This document shows, in pieces, positions 26,180-36,200 of a DNA stretch of 64,000 nucleotides. Location of the stretch: positions 151,934 through 215,933 of the forward strand of contig NZ_JADRCR010000007.1 in NCBI RefSeq assembly GCF_016649425.1. Reading direction: 5' to 3'. The notes beneath the pieces were generated by a model. It was not told where the DNA came from. It was given only the letters and a program-made list of their open reading frames with translations, and made no database searches. The stretch's first letter is position 1. Every line of letters starts with the position of its first letter. The position numbers and the translations under genes are program-made. The stretch comes from Limnobaculum allomyrinae (GTDB taxonomy: Bacteria; Pseudomonadota; Gammaproteobacteria; Enterobacterales; Enterobacteriaceae).

Positions 26180-26240
26180 TTAGGCATCATCCTGTGGAGG
26201 TGATCCTTCTCACCTCCACCTTATAGACTGAGTTTACCGT

Positions 26241-27248
26241 ATGACAATGCCGACACCCCTTTGTCCTAATGCGATGCAAATACACAGTATCCGGCAGGAA
26301 ACTGCCGATGTCTGGACACTGGAACTCATCGCTCAGGATTTCTATCCCTATCTTCCAGGTCAGTATGCCCTGGTTAGTATTCGCAATAGCGAAAGTACCC
26401 TCAGAGCCTATACGCTATCTTCATCCCCCGGATTAAGCCGCTTCGTTACTTTAACTGTGCGTGCATTACCCGATGGAGAAGGATCTTCCTGGTTAACTCA
26501 AGAAGTCAAACCCGGTAATACCCTATGGCTTTCCGATGCTCAGGGAGAATTTACCTACGCTAACGTAGCGGACAAACACTATCTGATGCTGGCGGGTGGC
26601 TGTGGCGTGACACCGATTATGTCAATGACTCGCTGGCTGTTAGCCAATCAACCTGAAAGCAATTTGATTGTTTTTTATAATGTGCGAACTCCGGCAGATG
26701 TGATATTTGCGCAAGAATGGCAGCAATTAGTTCAACGTTACCCGACTCAACTGACCTTGTATTTGATGGCCGAACATCAGGCAAATGAGGGTTATCTGTC
26801 TGGTCGGATTTCCCGGGAACTGATTGCTGAAAAGGTCGGTGATATTGCCACCCGTACAGTCATGACCTGTGGCCCGGCTGTCTATATGGATCAAGTAGAA
26901 GCTATCAGCTACGCATTAGGCATCAGTAATGAGCGCTTCCATAAAGAACAGTTTCATACCGCTGCCGAGTGTATTACCGGTAATGAACCCATGCTAAATA
27001 TTTCGGTAATTCGCACTAACCAGCAGTTTACTGCACCGGTAGGTACCACCCTGCTATACGCGCTGGAACAGAATAAAGTACCGGTTATTGCCGCCTGTCG
27101 TTCCGGGGTATGTGGTTCATGTAAGACGCTAATTGTTAAAGGTCATTACACCACCACCAGCCAAATGAGCCTGACGGAAGATGAAATCACCCAAGGTTAC
27201 GTGCTGGCCTGTAGCTGCCAGTTAACCGGAGATGTTGAAGTAGCCTGA
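26241..27248 (+). CDS. hcr: NADH oxidoreductase for Hcp (FNR-like flavin reductase with C-terminal 2Fe-2S ferredoxin)
   Basis: 335 aa; flavin/NAD-binding motifs (RAYTLSS, GGCGVTP) and a C-terminal CRSGVCGSC...C cluster. Confidence 0.9.
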   Translation: MTMPTPLCPNAMQIHSIRQETADVWTLELIAQDFYPYLPGQYALVSIRNSESTLRAYTLSSSPGLSRFVTLTVRALPDGEGSSWLTQEVKPGNTLWLSDAQGEFTYANVADKHYLMLAGGCGVTPIMSMTRWLLANQPESNLIVFYNVRTPADVIFAQEWQQLVQRYPTQLTLYLMAEHQANEGYLSGRISRELIAEKVGDIATRTVMTCGPAVYMDQVEAISYALGISNERFHKEQFHTAAECITGNEPMLNISVIRTNQQFTAPVGTTLLYALEQNKVPVIAACRSGVCGSCKTLIVKGHYTTTSQMSLTEDEITQGYVLACSCQLTGDVEVA

Positions 27249-27473
27249 TATTTTGCACTACCAATAATATTCCCCTATAGCCGGTCAGATCACAGAGTAT
27301 TAATACGTTAGATTCTGGCTGGCGATCCATTTTCAAGCACCTTTGTGTAACACAACACCCATCGCTTATTTTTTGCTATTCCCCTGAAAACCTAACTATT
27401 TCTTCTTTCTTATGCTACCCTTCACAACAGATAACAATTTATTAACCTAATAAAAACATATCAGGGTCACACT

Positions 27474-28934
27474 ATGATGCCACAACGTATATTAATCCTC
27501 GGAGCCAGTGGGTATATTGGGCAAAACCTTATCCCCTATCTGACGGCGCAGGGACATCACGTTACTGCTGCGGCCCGGCGCATTGAGTGGCTAAAAGAAC
27601 AACAAATCCCTAATGTTCATTGCCAGTATGTCGATCTATTTAAACCAGAAACTATCACTCCTGCACTGGATAACATTGATGTGGTCTACTATCTGGTTCA
27701 CAGCATGGGCGAAAAAGCTGATTTTTTGTATAGCGAAAAAATGGCAGCGCAAAACCTGCAACAGGCATTAAAACAATCCGCTGTAAAACAGATTGTCTTT
27801 TTAGGCGCCATACAGCCGAAAGAAAGTGTCTCTTCTCAACACTTACTGGCGCGTCAAATCACCGGCGATACGTTACGTGACAGTGGCATTCCGGTAACCG
27901 AGCTACGGGCTGGAATTATCATTGGTGCTGGTTCTGCCGCCTTTGAAGTGATGCGAGATATGGTATATAGCCTGCCAATCCTTACGCCTCCCCGCTGGGT
28001 TCGCTCCAAATCATCCCCCGTAGCGCTGGAAAACTTGTTGGTCTATCTATCTGAGATTATCAATTATCCTTCATCAGAAAACCGGATATTTGACGTTGCC
28101 GGGCCGGAGTACATCAGCTACCAAAATATGTTTGAGCGTTTTATTAAAATTACCGCCAAGAAGCGCTGGATTATTCCTATTCCGCTGCCAACGCAGCTGA
28201 TTTCCGTATATTGGTTGAATATGATTACCACCGTTCCAACCACCACGGCCAAAGCCTTGATTGAAGGTTTAAAACATAACCTACCGGCAGACGCAGAGCC
28301 TTTACAACAGCTGATTCCACAAAAGCTGATCAATTATGATGAAGCGGTTATCAGCACCATGCATAAAGAACAGTCAGCAGTAAACTCTGCCGACTGGGGA
28401 TACGACCCAGAGGCCAGAGCTCGTTGGCGCCCCGGTTATGCCTTTTATCCTAAGCATGCAGGCTACACCATAAAAACCAAAGCCAGCGCCGAAAGCCTGT
28501 GGCAGGTTATTCAACAAATTGGCGGCCAGGAGGGTTACTTCTATGCTAATTATTTGTGGAATATCCGCGGTTGGATGGACGATATGATAGGTGGGGAAAA
28601 ACGCTATGGCAGACCCGATAAAGAACAACTGGCAATAGGCGACCATATTGACTCATGGCGAGTGATTTCTATCAAGCCACTGCGTCAGTTAGCCATGCTA
28701 TTTGGTATGAAAGCGCCCGGATTAGGTCGACTCACTTTAAGTATTAATGATAACAAACAGTTCAGGGAACTGGATGTTCGTGCCTGGTGGCACCCTGCCG
28801 GTTTTGGTGGGCTACTGTACTGGTTTGTAATGATGCCGGCCCATTTGTTTATTTTTAAAGGCATGGCAAAGCGAATTGCTTACCTGGCTGAGCAACTGGA
28901 TAAGCAGTCTGACGCTGAAAACGATCGCTCTTAA
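27474..28934 (+). CDS. ybjT: NAD(P)-binding Rossmann protein with C-terminal DUF2867 (YbjT-like)
   Basis: N-terminal GASGYIGQ Rossmann motif; 486 aa, similar in size and order to E. coli ybjT next to amiD. Confidence 0.75.
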   Translation: MMPQRILILGASGYIGQNLIPYLTAQGHHVTAAARRIEWLKEQQIPNVHCQYVDLFKPETITPALDNIDVVYYLVHSMGEKADFLYSEKMAAQNLQQALKQSAVKQIVFLGAIQPKESVSSQHLLARQITGDTLRDSGIPVTELRAGIIIGAGSAAFEVMRDMVYSLPILTPPRWVRSKSSPVALENLLVYLSEIINYPSSENRIFDVAGPEYISYQNMFERFIKITAKKRWIIPIPLPTQLISVYWLNMITTVPTTTAKALIEGLKHNLPADAEPLQQLIPQKLINYDEAVISTMHKEQSAVNSADWGYDPEARARWRPGYAFYPKHAGYTIKTKASAESLWQVIQQIGGQEGYFYANYLWNIRGWMDDMIGGEKRYGRPDKEQLAIGDHIDSWRVISIKPLRQLAMLFGMKAPGLGRLTLSINDNKQFRELDVRAWWHPAGFGGLLYWFVMMPAHLFIFKGMAKRIAYLAEQLDKQSDAENDRS

Positions 28935-28943
28935 TCCGGTTGA

Positions 28944-28962
28944 CCGCTGTTTTCAAAAGCGG
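28944..28962. terminator. Weak hairpin between convergent ybjT and amiD
   Basis: ccgctg-ttttcaaa-agcgg; no clear U-tract. Confidence 0.3.
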
Positions 28963-28969
28963 CCTGCCA

Positions 28970-29809
28970 TCAGGAACGATATTTTTCCAGTAAAGCATCA
29001 AGAATCGCTAAGGTTTCCGCATCCGGAATGCCTGAGTAGTTAGCCTGCCGAAAATGCATCTGAAATGCCTTAACCACCCTGCGGGTTTCATCATCCAGAA
29101 CACCATTTGAAGGTACCTGATAACCATAACGATTCAGGTTATTTTGCAGCGCCGCAATATCCGGGGCTTCCTCTAATTGACGAATCGCTAAATAGTGGCT
29201 CACTCGCTCGTCATCCGGCCATGCACCAATGCCTGCCTGCGCCAACTTTTGCCATGGGAACAGCGGGCCAGGATCAACCTTACGCTGGGGAGAAATATCA
29301 CTGTGGCCCAATACATTCTCCGGCTTGATTTGATTACGTTTGATAATGTCATCAGATAAAGCAATCAGTAATGCAATTTGTTCATCGGTATAGGGCTCCC
29401 AACGCCGTTCGGCTCCCACTTTATGATAACCCGGATTAACCAGTTCAATACCTACCGAAGTATCATTCAGATTCATGCGACCACGCCAAAAGCTGGCGCC
29501 AGCATGCCAGGCTCTACGATTTTCGGGCACCAGTTGCAACACGACCGGCTTCCCTGAAACCTCATCCGGCAAAGGATTGATCAGATAATGCACACTGACA
29601 TTCTCCCCGGTTAATACCGTTAATGAATTCGCTTCATCCTCTGCCGTATAGTGAAAAATCAGGAAATTAACTCGTGGCTCATTCCCCATGGCAATATGGC
29701 TGTCATCCACCCAATAGCTTCCGCGATCGTGAACAGCACTACAGCCCGAAATCAGCCCTGCTATCACCGATATGATGAGAAAACAGACAACACGCCCGTA
29801 CCTGAACAT
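28970..29809 (-). CDS. amiD: N-acetylmuramoyl-L-alanine amidase AmiD (lipoprotein, amidase_2 plus peptidoglycan-binding domain)
   Basis: 279 aa; lipobox LISGCSA; amidase_2 zinc ligand region (HYTA...EDE...H). C-terminal PG-binding repeat. Confidence 0.85.
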   Translation of the reverse strand: MFRYGRVVCFLIISVIAGLISGCSAVHDRGSYWVDDSHIAMGNEPRVNFLIFHYTAEDEANSLTVLTGENVSVHYLINPLPDEVSGKPVVLQLVPENRRAWHAGASFWRGRMNLNDTSVGIELVNPGYHKVGAERRWEPYTDEQIALLIALSDDIIKRNQIKPENVLGHSDISPQRKVDPGPLFPWQKLAQAGIGAWPDDERVSHYLAIRQLEEAPDIAALQNNLNRYGYQVPSNGVLDDETRRVVKAFQMHFRQANYSGIPDAETLAILDALLEKYRS

Positions 29810-30066
29810 AACCTGACCTTTACATTAACCATTAGCATTTTGCAGATAGTATAAAATAATAATTTATCTTTTAATAAGTTAACTTTACCTGTCTTTAACA
29901 CATTGTATTCCTGAGATTATCCAACCAATCCGGGCAAATATGAGATCCCATTCTTTTTTTGTTGCGAGAAATATCAAAAAAGACTCTATTTTAGCTACCA
30001 AAGCAGGCTAAAACCTGATTTACTTAGGACAATTTTGTAATCGCCACCGTTTGAGAAAGGACTCTA

Positions 30067-30711
30067 ATGACGCTCTTCTTGCAAAACTGTTTAGCTTTTC
30101 CGGTTATCATTTTCAGCGGCCTGTTATTAATCGTCCTGTTCTATTGGATATGTGCTTCTTTTGGCCTGCTGGATATCGATATTCTCAATATTGATGGTAT
30201 CGACGCCGACATTGATGCTGGTGATATTTCCGGCATTGCCGGCTGGATGACTAAACTCGGTCTGGCAGGTATTCCCCTCACTATTATTATCACCTTCATT
30301 ACCTTAATTGGCTGGCTACTCAGCTATTTCACTGTCCATTTGATGCTACGTTTTATTGAAACAGACATTCTCCGTTATCTGCTGGGAACTGTTGCTCTGT
30401 TTCTGATCGGTTTTATTGCTCTACTGATTACCTCATTTCTGTTAAGACCTTTACAACCCAAATTAACCAAAATGAAACAGGGTCAGGGAGTAAAGAATTT
30501 AATCGGTAAAGTAGCTGAAGTGCGTTCTTCCGTAGTCACTGAACAACGCGGAGAGGCCCTGATGGAAGATGGCGGTGCTGGCCTGATATTACAAATTCGT
30601 GCACCACAAGATGCCGAAATAGTCAGAGGAGATCGTGTGGTACTTATCAGTTACGATACGGCAACTAACAGCTATAACGTCGTCAGTGAGCTTGAATTTA
30701 ACCGGCTTTAA
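30067..30711 (+). CDS. NfeD-like inner-membrane protein (YqiJ/DUF1449 family, C-terminal OB-fold)
   Basis: 214 aa with four predicted TM helices then an NfeD OB-fold segment (IGKVAEVRSSVVTEQRGEALMEDGGAGLILQIRAP...RGDRVVLISYD). Sits upstream of the flotillin as in yqiJK. Confidence 0.75.
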   Translation: MTLFLQNCLAFPVIIFSGLLLIVLFYWICASFGLLDIDILNIDGIDADIDAGDISGIAGWMTKLGLAGIPLTIIITFITLIGWLLSYFTVHLMLRFIETDILRYLLGTVALFLIGFIALLITSFLLRPLQPKLTKMKQGQGVKNLIGKVAEVRSSVVTEQRGEALMEDGGAGLILQIRAPQDAEIVRGDRVVLISYDTATNSYNVVSELEFNRL

Positions 30712-30911
30712 AACAGAACATATCTTAATAATCTATCGCAGGAACCTTTGATGAATTCACTGAGTTCCAATACCTTTCCTGCGCCAGATTATTGTATCTA
30801 ATTAGTCGTATGAAAACCCCCTGCTCAACTCAGGGATGAACAAAAGTAACGTAAGGCCACGTGAGACGGTAATTAACCAGTCAACAGCCTGAATAACATG
30901 GAGAAACACCT

Positions 30912-33089
30912 ATGGCTATGGCAGAACTAATGCCGTTCTTAACCATTGTTGCAGTGATCATTGTTGCAATTCTGGGTCTGTTTGGGCTGTTTAAAGCGTT
31001 TTATATTAAGGTGCCACAGGGAACAGCCCTGATCGTCAATGATATGTCATCACAGCCGAAGGTTCACTTCACTGGTGCATTAGTCTATCCGGTCATTTAC
31101 AAGAAAGAGTTTATGCGTATTTCTTTACTGACACTGGAAGTTGACCGCCGTGGTAAAGATGGTTTGATCTGTAAAGATAACCTGCGTGCTGACATTACCG
31201 TTGCCTTCTACCTGCGAGTAAATGAGACTACCGAAGACGTACTGAAAGTCGCTAAAGCTATCGGCGTAGATCGGGCATCCGATCATCAGGCAGTCAGTAC
31301 CCTGTTCAGCGCCAAATTCTCTGAAGCGCTAAAAACGGTAGGTAAGCAATTTGAGTTGGCTAAACTGTTTGAAGACCGTCAAAACTTCCGCGATCGTATC
31401 GTAGACGTTATCGGTAAAGACTTAAACGGCTATGCGTTAGAAGATGTCGCCATTGACTATCTGGAACAAACGCCGAAAAGCTCCCTCGATCCAAATAATA
31501 TCTTCGACTCCGAGGGTATTCGCAAAATTACTGAAATCACGGCTATTCACAATATCGAAACTAACCAGAAAGAGCGCGATCAGGAACTGGCAATTAAGAA
31601 GAAAAACGTGGAAACCCGTGAAGCCAGTCTGGCTCTTGAACGCCAACAGGCTGATGCGGAAGCCCGCCAACAGCGTGAAATCGAAAGTATTCGTGCCCGA
31701 GAAGCAGCCGAAACTCTGCGCGTAAAAGAAGAAGAGCGTTTGAAAGCTGAGCAGGCCCGAATTCAGACTCAGCAAGAAATCGAGATTCGTGAAGAAAACC
31801 GTCTGCGTGAAGTTGAAGTTGCGCAGCAGAACCGTACTCGTGCCGTAACCATTGAAATCGAAAAAGTAACTCGCGCGAAAGATCTGGAAATAGTCTCCCG
31901 TGAGCGGGAAGTTGAGTTACAGCGTATTGAAAAAGAGAAAGCGCTGGAAGAAGAGCGTAAAAATATTGCCAACGTTATTCGTGAACGTGTCGCGGTAGAA
32001 AAGACCGTAGCTCAGGAAGAAGAACGTATTAAAGAAGTTCGTATGGTTTCTGATGCTGACCGTCAGAAACAAGTCACCATTATTCAGGCACAGGCAGAAG
32101 CCGAGCAAGAACTGGTGCGTCAGGTTAAACAAGCTGAAGCAGATGAAAACAGCGCCAAGCACAAAGCGTTAGAAATTAGCACCATGGCTCAGGCAGAGCT
32201 GGAAGCCGCAGCTAAGCAGGCTGAAGCCAAGAAACGCATGGCAGAAGGTATTGAGGCAGAACAGGCCGCACTGGGATTAGCAGAAGCACGAGTTCGTCAG
32301 GCTCAGGCCGAAGCGGAAGAGAAAGAAGGCTTAGTACAGGCAAATGTCACCGCTGAAAAACTGCTGGCTGAAGCCCGTGGTAATCAGGAAAAAGGTCTGG
32401 CACAGGCTCGTATTCAGGAAGCTCAGGCTGCCGCCTCTGAGAAGCAAGGTCTGGCAGAAGCCAAAGTGCTGGAAGAGAAACTAACAGCTCAGGCTCGTGG
32501 TGATGAACAACAGGCTCTGGCGAAAGAAAAACTGGGTCTGGCGGATGCTAAAGTTCTGGAAGAGAAGCTGGCAGCACAAGCCCGTGGTGAAGGCCAGTTA
32601 GGTTCAGCTCAGGCAGAAGTAGTTCGTCAGCGCCTGAAAGCAGAAGCAGATGGTTTAACCGATAAATTTACCGCTATGGGTAACCTTAATACTACCGCTC
32701 GTGAGCACGAAGAGTTCCGTATGCAGCTTGAAAAACACTTCGAGCAGGCCATGGCCTCTATTGCGGCAAACAAAGAGATCGCCAGAGAACAAGCCGATGT
32801 TCTGGCCGCGGCATTAAGTAAAACCAATATTGATATCGTGGGTGGTGACGGTAGCTTCTTTAATACCTTCTCCAAAGCGCTCAGCGTTGGTAAAGCCATT
32901 AATGGCGTAGTCGATAAGAGCCCATTGGTACAAGACGTAGTTCAAAAGCTGATGAGCAGCAAAGAAGGTCAAAAGCTGGATCTGGAAAGCCTGCTGCAAA
33001 ATCCGGAAGTTCGCGATTTAATTCAGCAGTTCACCACCGCTAAAAAACTACCAACTGTTACAACTGGCTCTCGTTCTATTGAAGAGTAA
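30912..33089 (+). CDS. Flotillin / SPFH (band 7) family protein, YqiK-like, with extended Ala/Glu/Gln-rich coiled-coil
   Basis: 725 aa; N-terminal TM helix, an SPFH domain, then a roughly 350-residue EA-rich heptad region and a C-terminal flotillin tail. Confidence 0.85.
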   Translation: MAMAELMPFLTIVAVIIVAILGLFGLFKAFYIKVPQGTALIVNDMSSQPKVHFTGALVYPVIYKKEFMRISLLTLEVDRRGKDGLICKDNLRADITVAFYLRVNETTEDVLKVAKAIGVDRASDHQAVSTLFSAKFSEALKTVGKQFELAKLFEDRQNFRDRIVDVIGKDLNGYALEDVAIDYLEQTPKSSLDPNNIFDSEGIRKITEITAIHNIETNQKERDQELAIKKKNVETREASLALERQQADAEARQQREIESIRAREAAETLRVKEEERLKAEQARIQTQQEIEIREENRLREVEVAQQNRTRAVTIEIEKVTRAKDLEIVSREREVELQRIEKEKALEEERKNIANVIRERVAVEKTVAQEEERIKEVRMVSDADRQKQVTIIQAQAEAEQELVRQVKQAEADENSAKHKALEISTMAQAELEAAAKQAEAKKRMAEGIEAEQAALGLAEARVRQAQAEAEEKEGLVQANVTAEKLLAEARGNQEKGLAQARIQEAQAAASEKQGLAEAKVLEEKLTAQARGDEQQALAKEKLGLADAKVLEEKLAAQARGEGQLGSAQAEVVRQRLKAEADGLTDKFTAMGNLNTTAREHEEFRMQLEKHFEQAMASIAANKEIAREQADVLAAALSKTNIDIVGGDGSFFNTFSKALSVGKAINGVVDKSPLVQDVVQKLMSSKEGQKLDLESLLQNPEVRDLIQQFTTAKKLPTVTTGSRSIEE

Positions 33090-33098
33090 TTGATCGAG

Positions 33099-33136
33099 CT
33101 GGCTACCGTTGTATTTACGGTAGCCAGTTATTTTTT
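33099..33136 (+). terminator. Rho-independent terminator after the flotillin gene
   Basis: ctggctaccg-ttgtattta-cggtagccag followed by TTATTTTTT. Confidence 0.7.
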
Positions 33137-33139
33137 GCG

Positions 33140-33183
33140 TTAACTAAGATAAGCCGTTTATTAAAACGATTTATCTTAGTTAA
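33140..33183. promoter_or_regulatory. Perfect 13-bp inverted repeat (ttaactaagataa ... ttatcttagttaa) upstream of the giant ATPase gene; candidate operator or second hairpin
   Basis: Arms at 33140-33152 and 33171-33183 around an 18-nt AT-rich spacer, roughly 110 bp upstream of the 33292 start. Confidence 0.4.
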
Positions 33184-33291
33184 TTTCTCCGAACACTATG
33201 ATGGCGCTTCACTCTACAGGACGTTTGCCATGATACGGAACAATGACTAACGCGACGAAAGCAAACATTGATCAAGGGAACGTTAAACGCC

Positions 33292-36200
33292 ATGTCAGAT
33301 AACCAAGTGAATAATCGAGATCGAGAATTACTGGATAACGCCGTTGCAGAAGGCGGTGCCTACGATATTTTACGTAAACGTTTATCTGAACAGGGTCAGC
33401 AACTGCATGAAAAAGCCTGGACCCTCAACGAGCGGCGCCTGGCTGAATTTGGCAAAAGCCAGATGGATATCATCGGTCGAATTCGTATTCGTACTGAAAA
33501 TAACTGTGTTGCTCGCGATATCGTCCGCGTTGGTGAATGGCTGCTGTTTGGCTATAACGTATTTATTGGCCTGAAGAAAGAAACCCGAATTGAGGATGTT
33601 TTTTCGCTATATCGTTTAACTGAACAAAACGGGGAGTATGATGTTGAACCCGTTGCACTGAGCGGAACTTTCCTGAACATCACCAGCTTTGTTCAGGATT
33701 TCAATGAGCTTTATACCTATTATAAAAATACTCAACTATTACAACTGGTAGAACGCGACGGTAAACTCCTCGCCAGCTTCCAGATTGGTGAACGCATCAC
33801 TGATATTCGTGTGTTCCGCTGGTCCATTTCCAGCGATAAAAAAGAAATTAAGTACATTGATAATCGAGGCGAACGAGATATCGCTCTGCCACCAGCCTAC
33901 GATTTCGAATGGCATAAAACCACCCGCGAAAATACCGTCAATGGCCGCTATCCACATATGAATATTCTGGATACGGTATTTGTTGAAACGATTGGTGGTG
34001 ACCTGACCATCAAATGTGAAAACAACACCGAAGATGGTCTGGGTATCTACCGGGAAGCCGTTCTGGATAAAACCCAATCGCTGGACGATGCGCAAATTGA
34101 ATATGCACAAACGGGCAGTCTAATCCTGCTGAAGATCCTACCCTATAGGGAAGAAAGCTGGCGCTATCTGGTATATAACACCCTGACACAAACTGCCCAA
34201 CGAATTGATGCTATTGGTTTAGCCTGTATTCAGTTGCCCGAAGATCACGGCATTATTTTCCCCGGCGGTTACTATCTGCAAAATGGTGAATACAAAACCT
34301 TCGACCAGCCAATGACCGGTATGCGTTTTCGCCGTATTCGTCGTTCACCTAATGGTGAAGACGTGCTGTATATTTTTTACGAACCAAATTTTGGTCGCAT
34401 CGCCCTGTTCAATTACAACATGATTGAACGTAAGCTACAGAACCCATTGTTTGGTCATGGTTATGCCATGTTGGAAGATGGCCGCATGGTGCTGTTTGAA
34501 GGCCAGTCAGATGAACCCACCCGCATTCATCCAATGCAAGTTTGGCAAACCCCCTTCTATTCTGATGAGTATGCCGCCCTTCAGCCTGCAAAAAACAGTT
34601 TCTTTGGTCGCATCGGTAATGCGGAATTGGTGCGTGGTATTTCTGACTTGTACCACATCGCCAGAGAGATCGAACAACAACAAATCTCTTCCCAGCTGTA
34701 TGAAAAACTCTCTCTGGATGCTAAACGATTAATTGATATCTATTACTGGCTAAATGATGAACATAGCCTGCATGCCTCCATTTTGCTAAAAGAGATTGCC
34801 AATACCGGTGAGCTGGTACTGGACGAATATGAAAAAGTAGAAAGTATTCGCCGCCAGTCCTCCCGGGCAATGAATGAAGCGACCAGCCGTCAGAAACAGC
34901 TGTTATCCTCCATGCTGCCAGACAGCTGGATTAATGCACAACAATTTGTTGACGCGTTGAATGAACTCAACGTGCAACGTGGTCATCTGATCACCCTGCG
35001 CGATTACCGCTATATTGATTTAGCCAGCCTGGATGAGATGGAACAGCAACTGACTGCCAGTCAGGAGCGTATCTCTCTTGCTACCGCCGAATTTCTCGCC
35101 AGTGAAAAGGCGCTTCAGCCTTTTACCCTACAGCTGCAGGAACTGGAGAAACAGACTCAGGAAGCACGCAACAGCGCCCAACTTAATGAGCCGCTGGCAG
35201 GTATGGATAAAATGTCGGCGGATCTGGATATGTTATCTAATCTGATGGCATCACTGAAATTTGAAGACACCACTCAGCAAACCGGCATTATTGAATCTAT
35301 TTCAGAGATTTATGCCCGCCTGAATCAGGCCCGGGCTCGCCTGCAACAGCGTCGTAAAGAGCAAGGCTCCGTTGAATCTGTCGCACAGTTTGGTGCTCAA
35401 TTTAAGTTATTCAGCCAGGGGATTACCAATGCCTTAACGCTGGCATCAGATCCGGAGCGCTGTGATGAACAGCTTTCACGCCTGCTGGTTCAGTTAGAAG
35501 AGCTTGAGAGTCAGTTCAGCGGCCAGGAAGAGTTTCTTGGTGATATTCTTAGCAAACGTGAAGAGCTGCTGGAAACCTTCGAAACCCATAAGCAATCTCT
35601 ATTAGACGAACGCCAACGTAAATCGCAAAATCTTCAGGTAGCCGCTGAACGTTTATTAGATAGCCTCCGTCGCCGAACGGCTAAATTCCTGACGCTGGAC
35701 GAACTAAACGCCTTCTTTGCCGCCGACCCACTATCGCTGAAAACCCGTGAAATCATTGAGCGCCTGCGGGAGTTGAAAGACAGCGTAAAAGCTGACGATA
35801 TTGACGCCAAATTTAAAGCCGCGCGCGATCAGGCAATACGCAGCCTGCGTGATAAGTCAGAGATTTTCGAAGACGGTGGCAGCGTTATTAAACTGGGGCC
35901 ACGCCATCGCTTTAGCGTTAATACTCAAGAGTTAGATCTCACCATCCTACCTCGGGGTGAACAACTTTATCTGCATTTGACCGGTACTGATTATCAGGAA
36001 CCTATTGATAGCTCAGAGTTAGAGGCACTAAAAGATTACTGGAATATCGCTATTGAATCAGAGTCACCGGAAGTCTATCGGGCTGAGTACCTCGCCTATT
36101 CACTGATCTATGCCGCCAGTAAAGAGCAAGATGGACTGACTTTCGACCTGCTCAAAGCCCAGCAAAATCAACCAGAAATATTAGAGAAAACCGTACGTGA

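Noticed and set aside
31600-32900. Periodic Ala/Glu/Gln-rich repetition in the flotillin gene as a DNA tandem repeat or CRISPR-like array
   Set aside because: The periodicity is at the protein level (heptad coiled-coil with EAEA/QAQA). It is not made of identical DNA repeats with unique spacers. Antisense ORFs in this region (31437-32999) are shadows.
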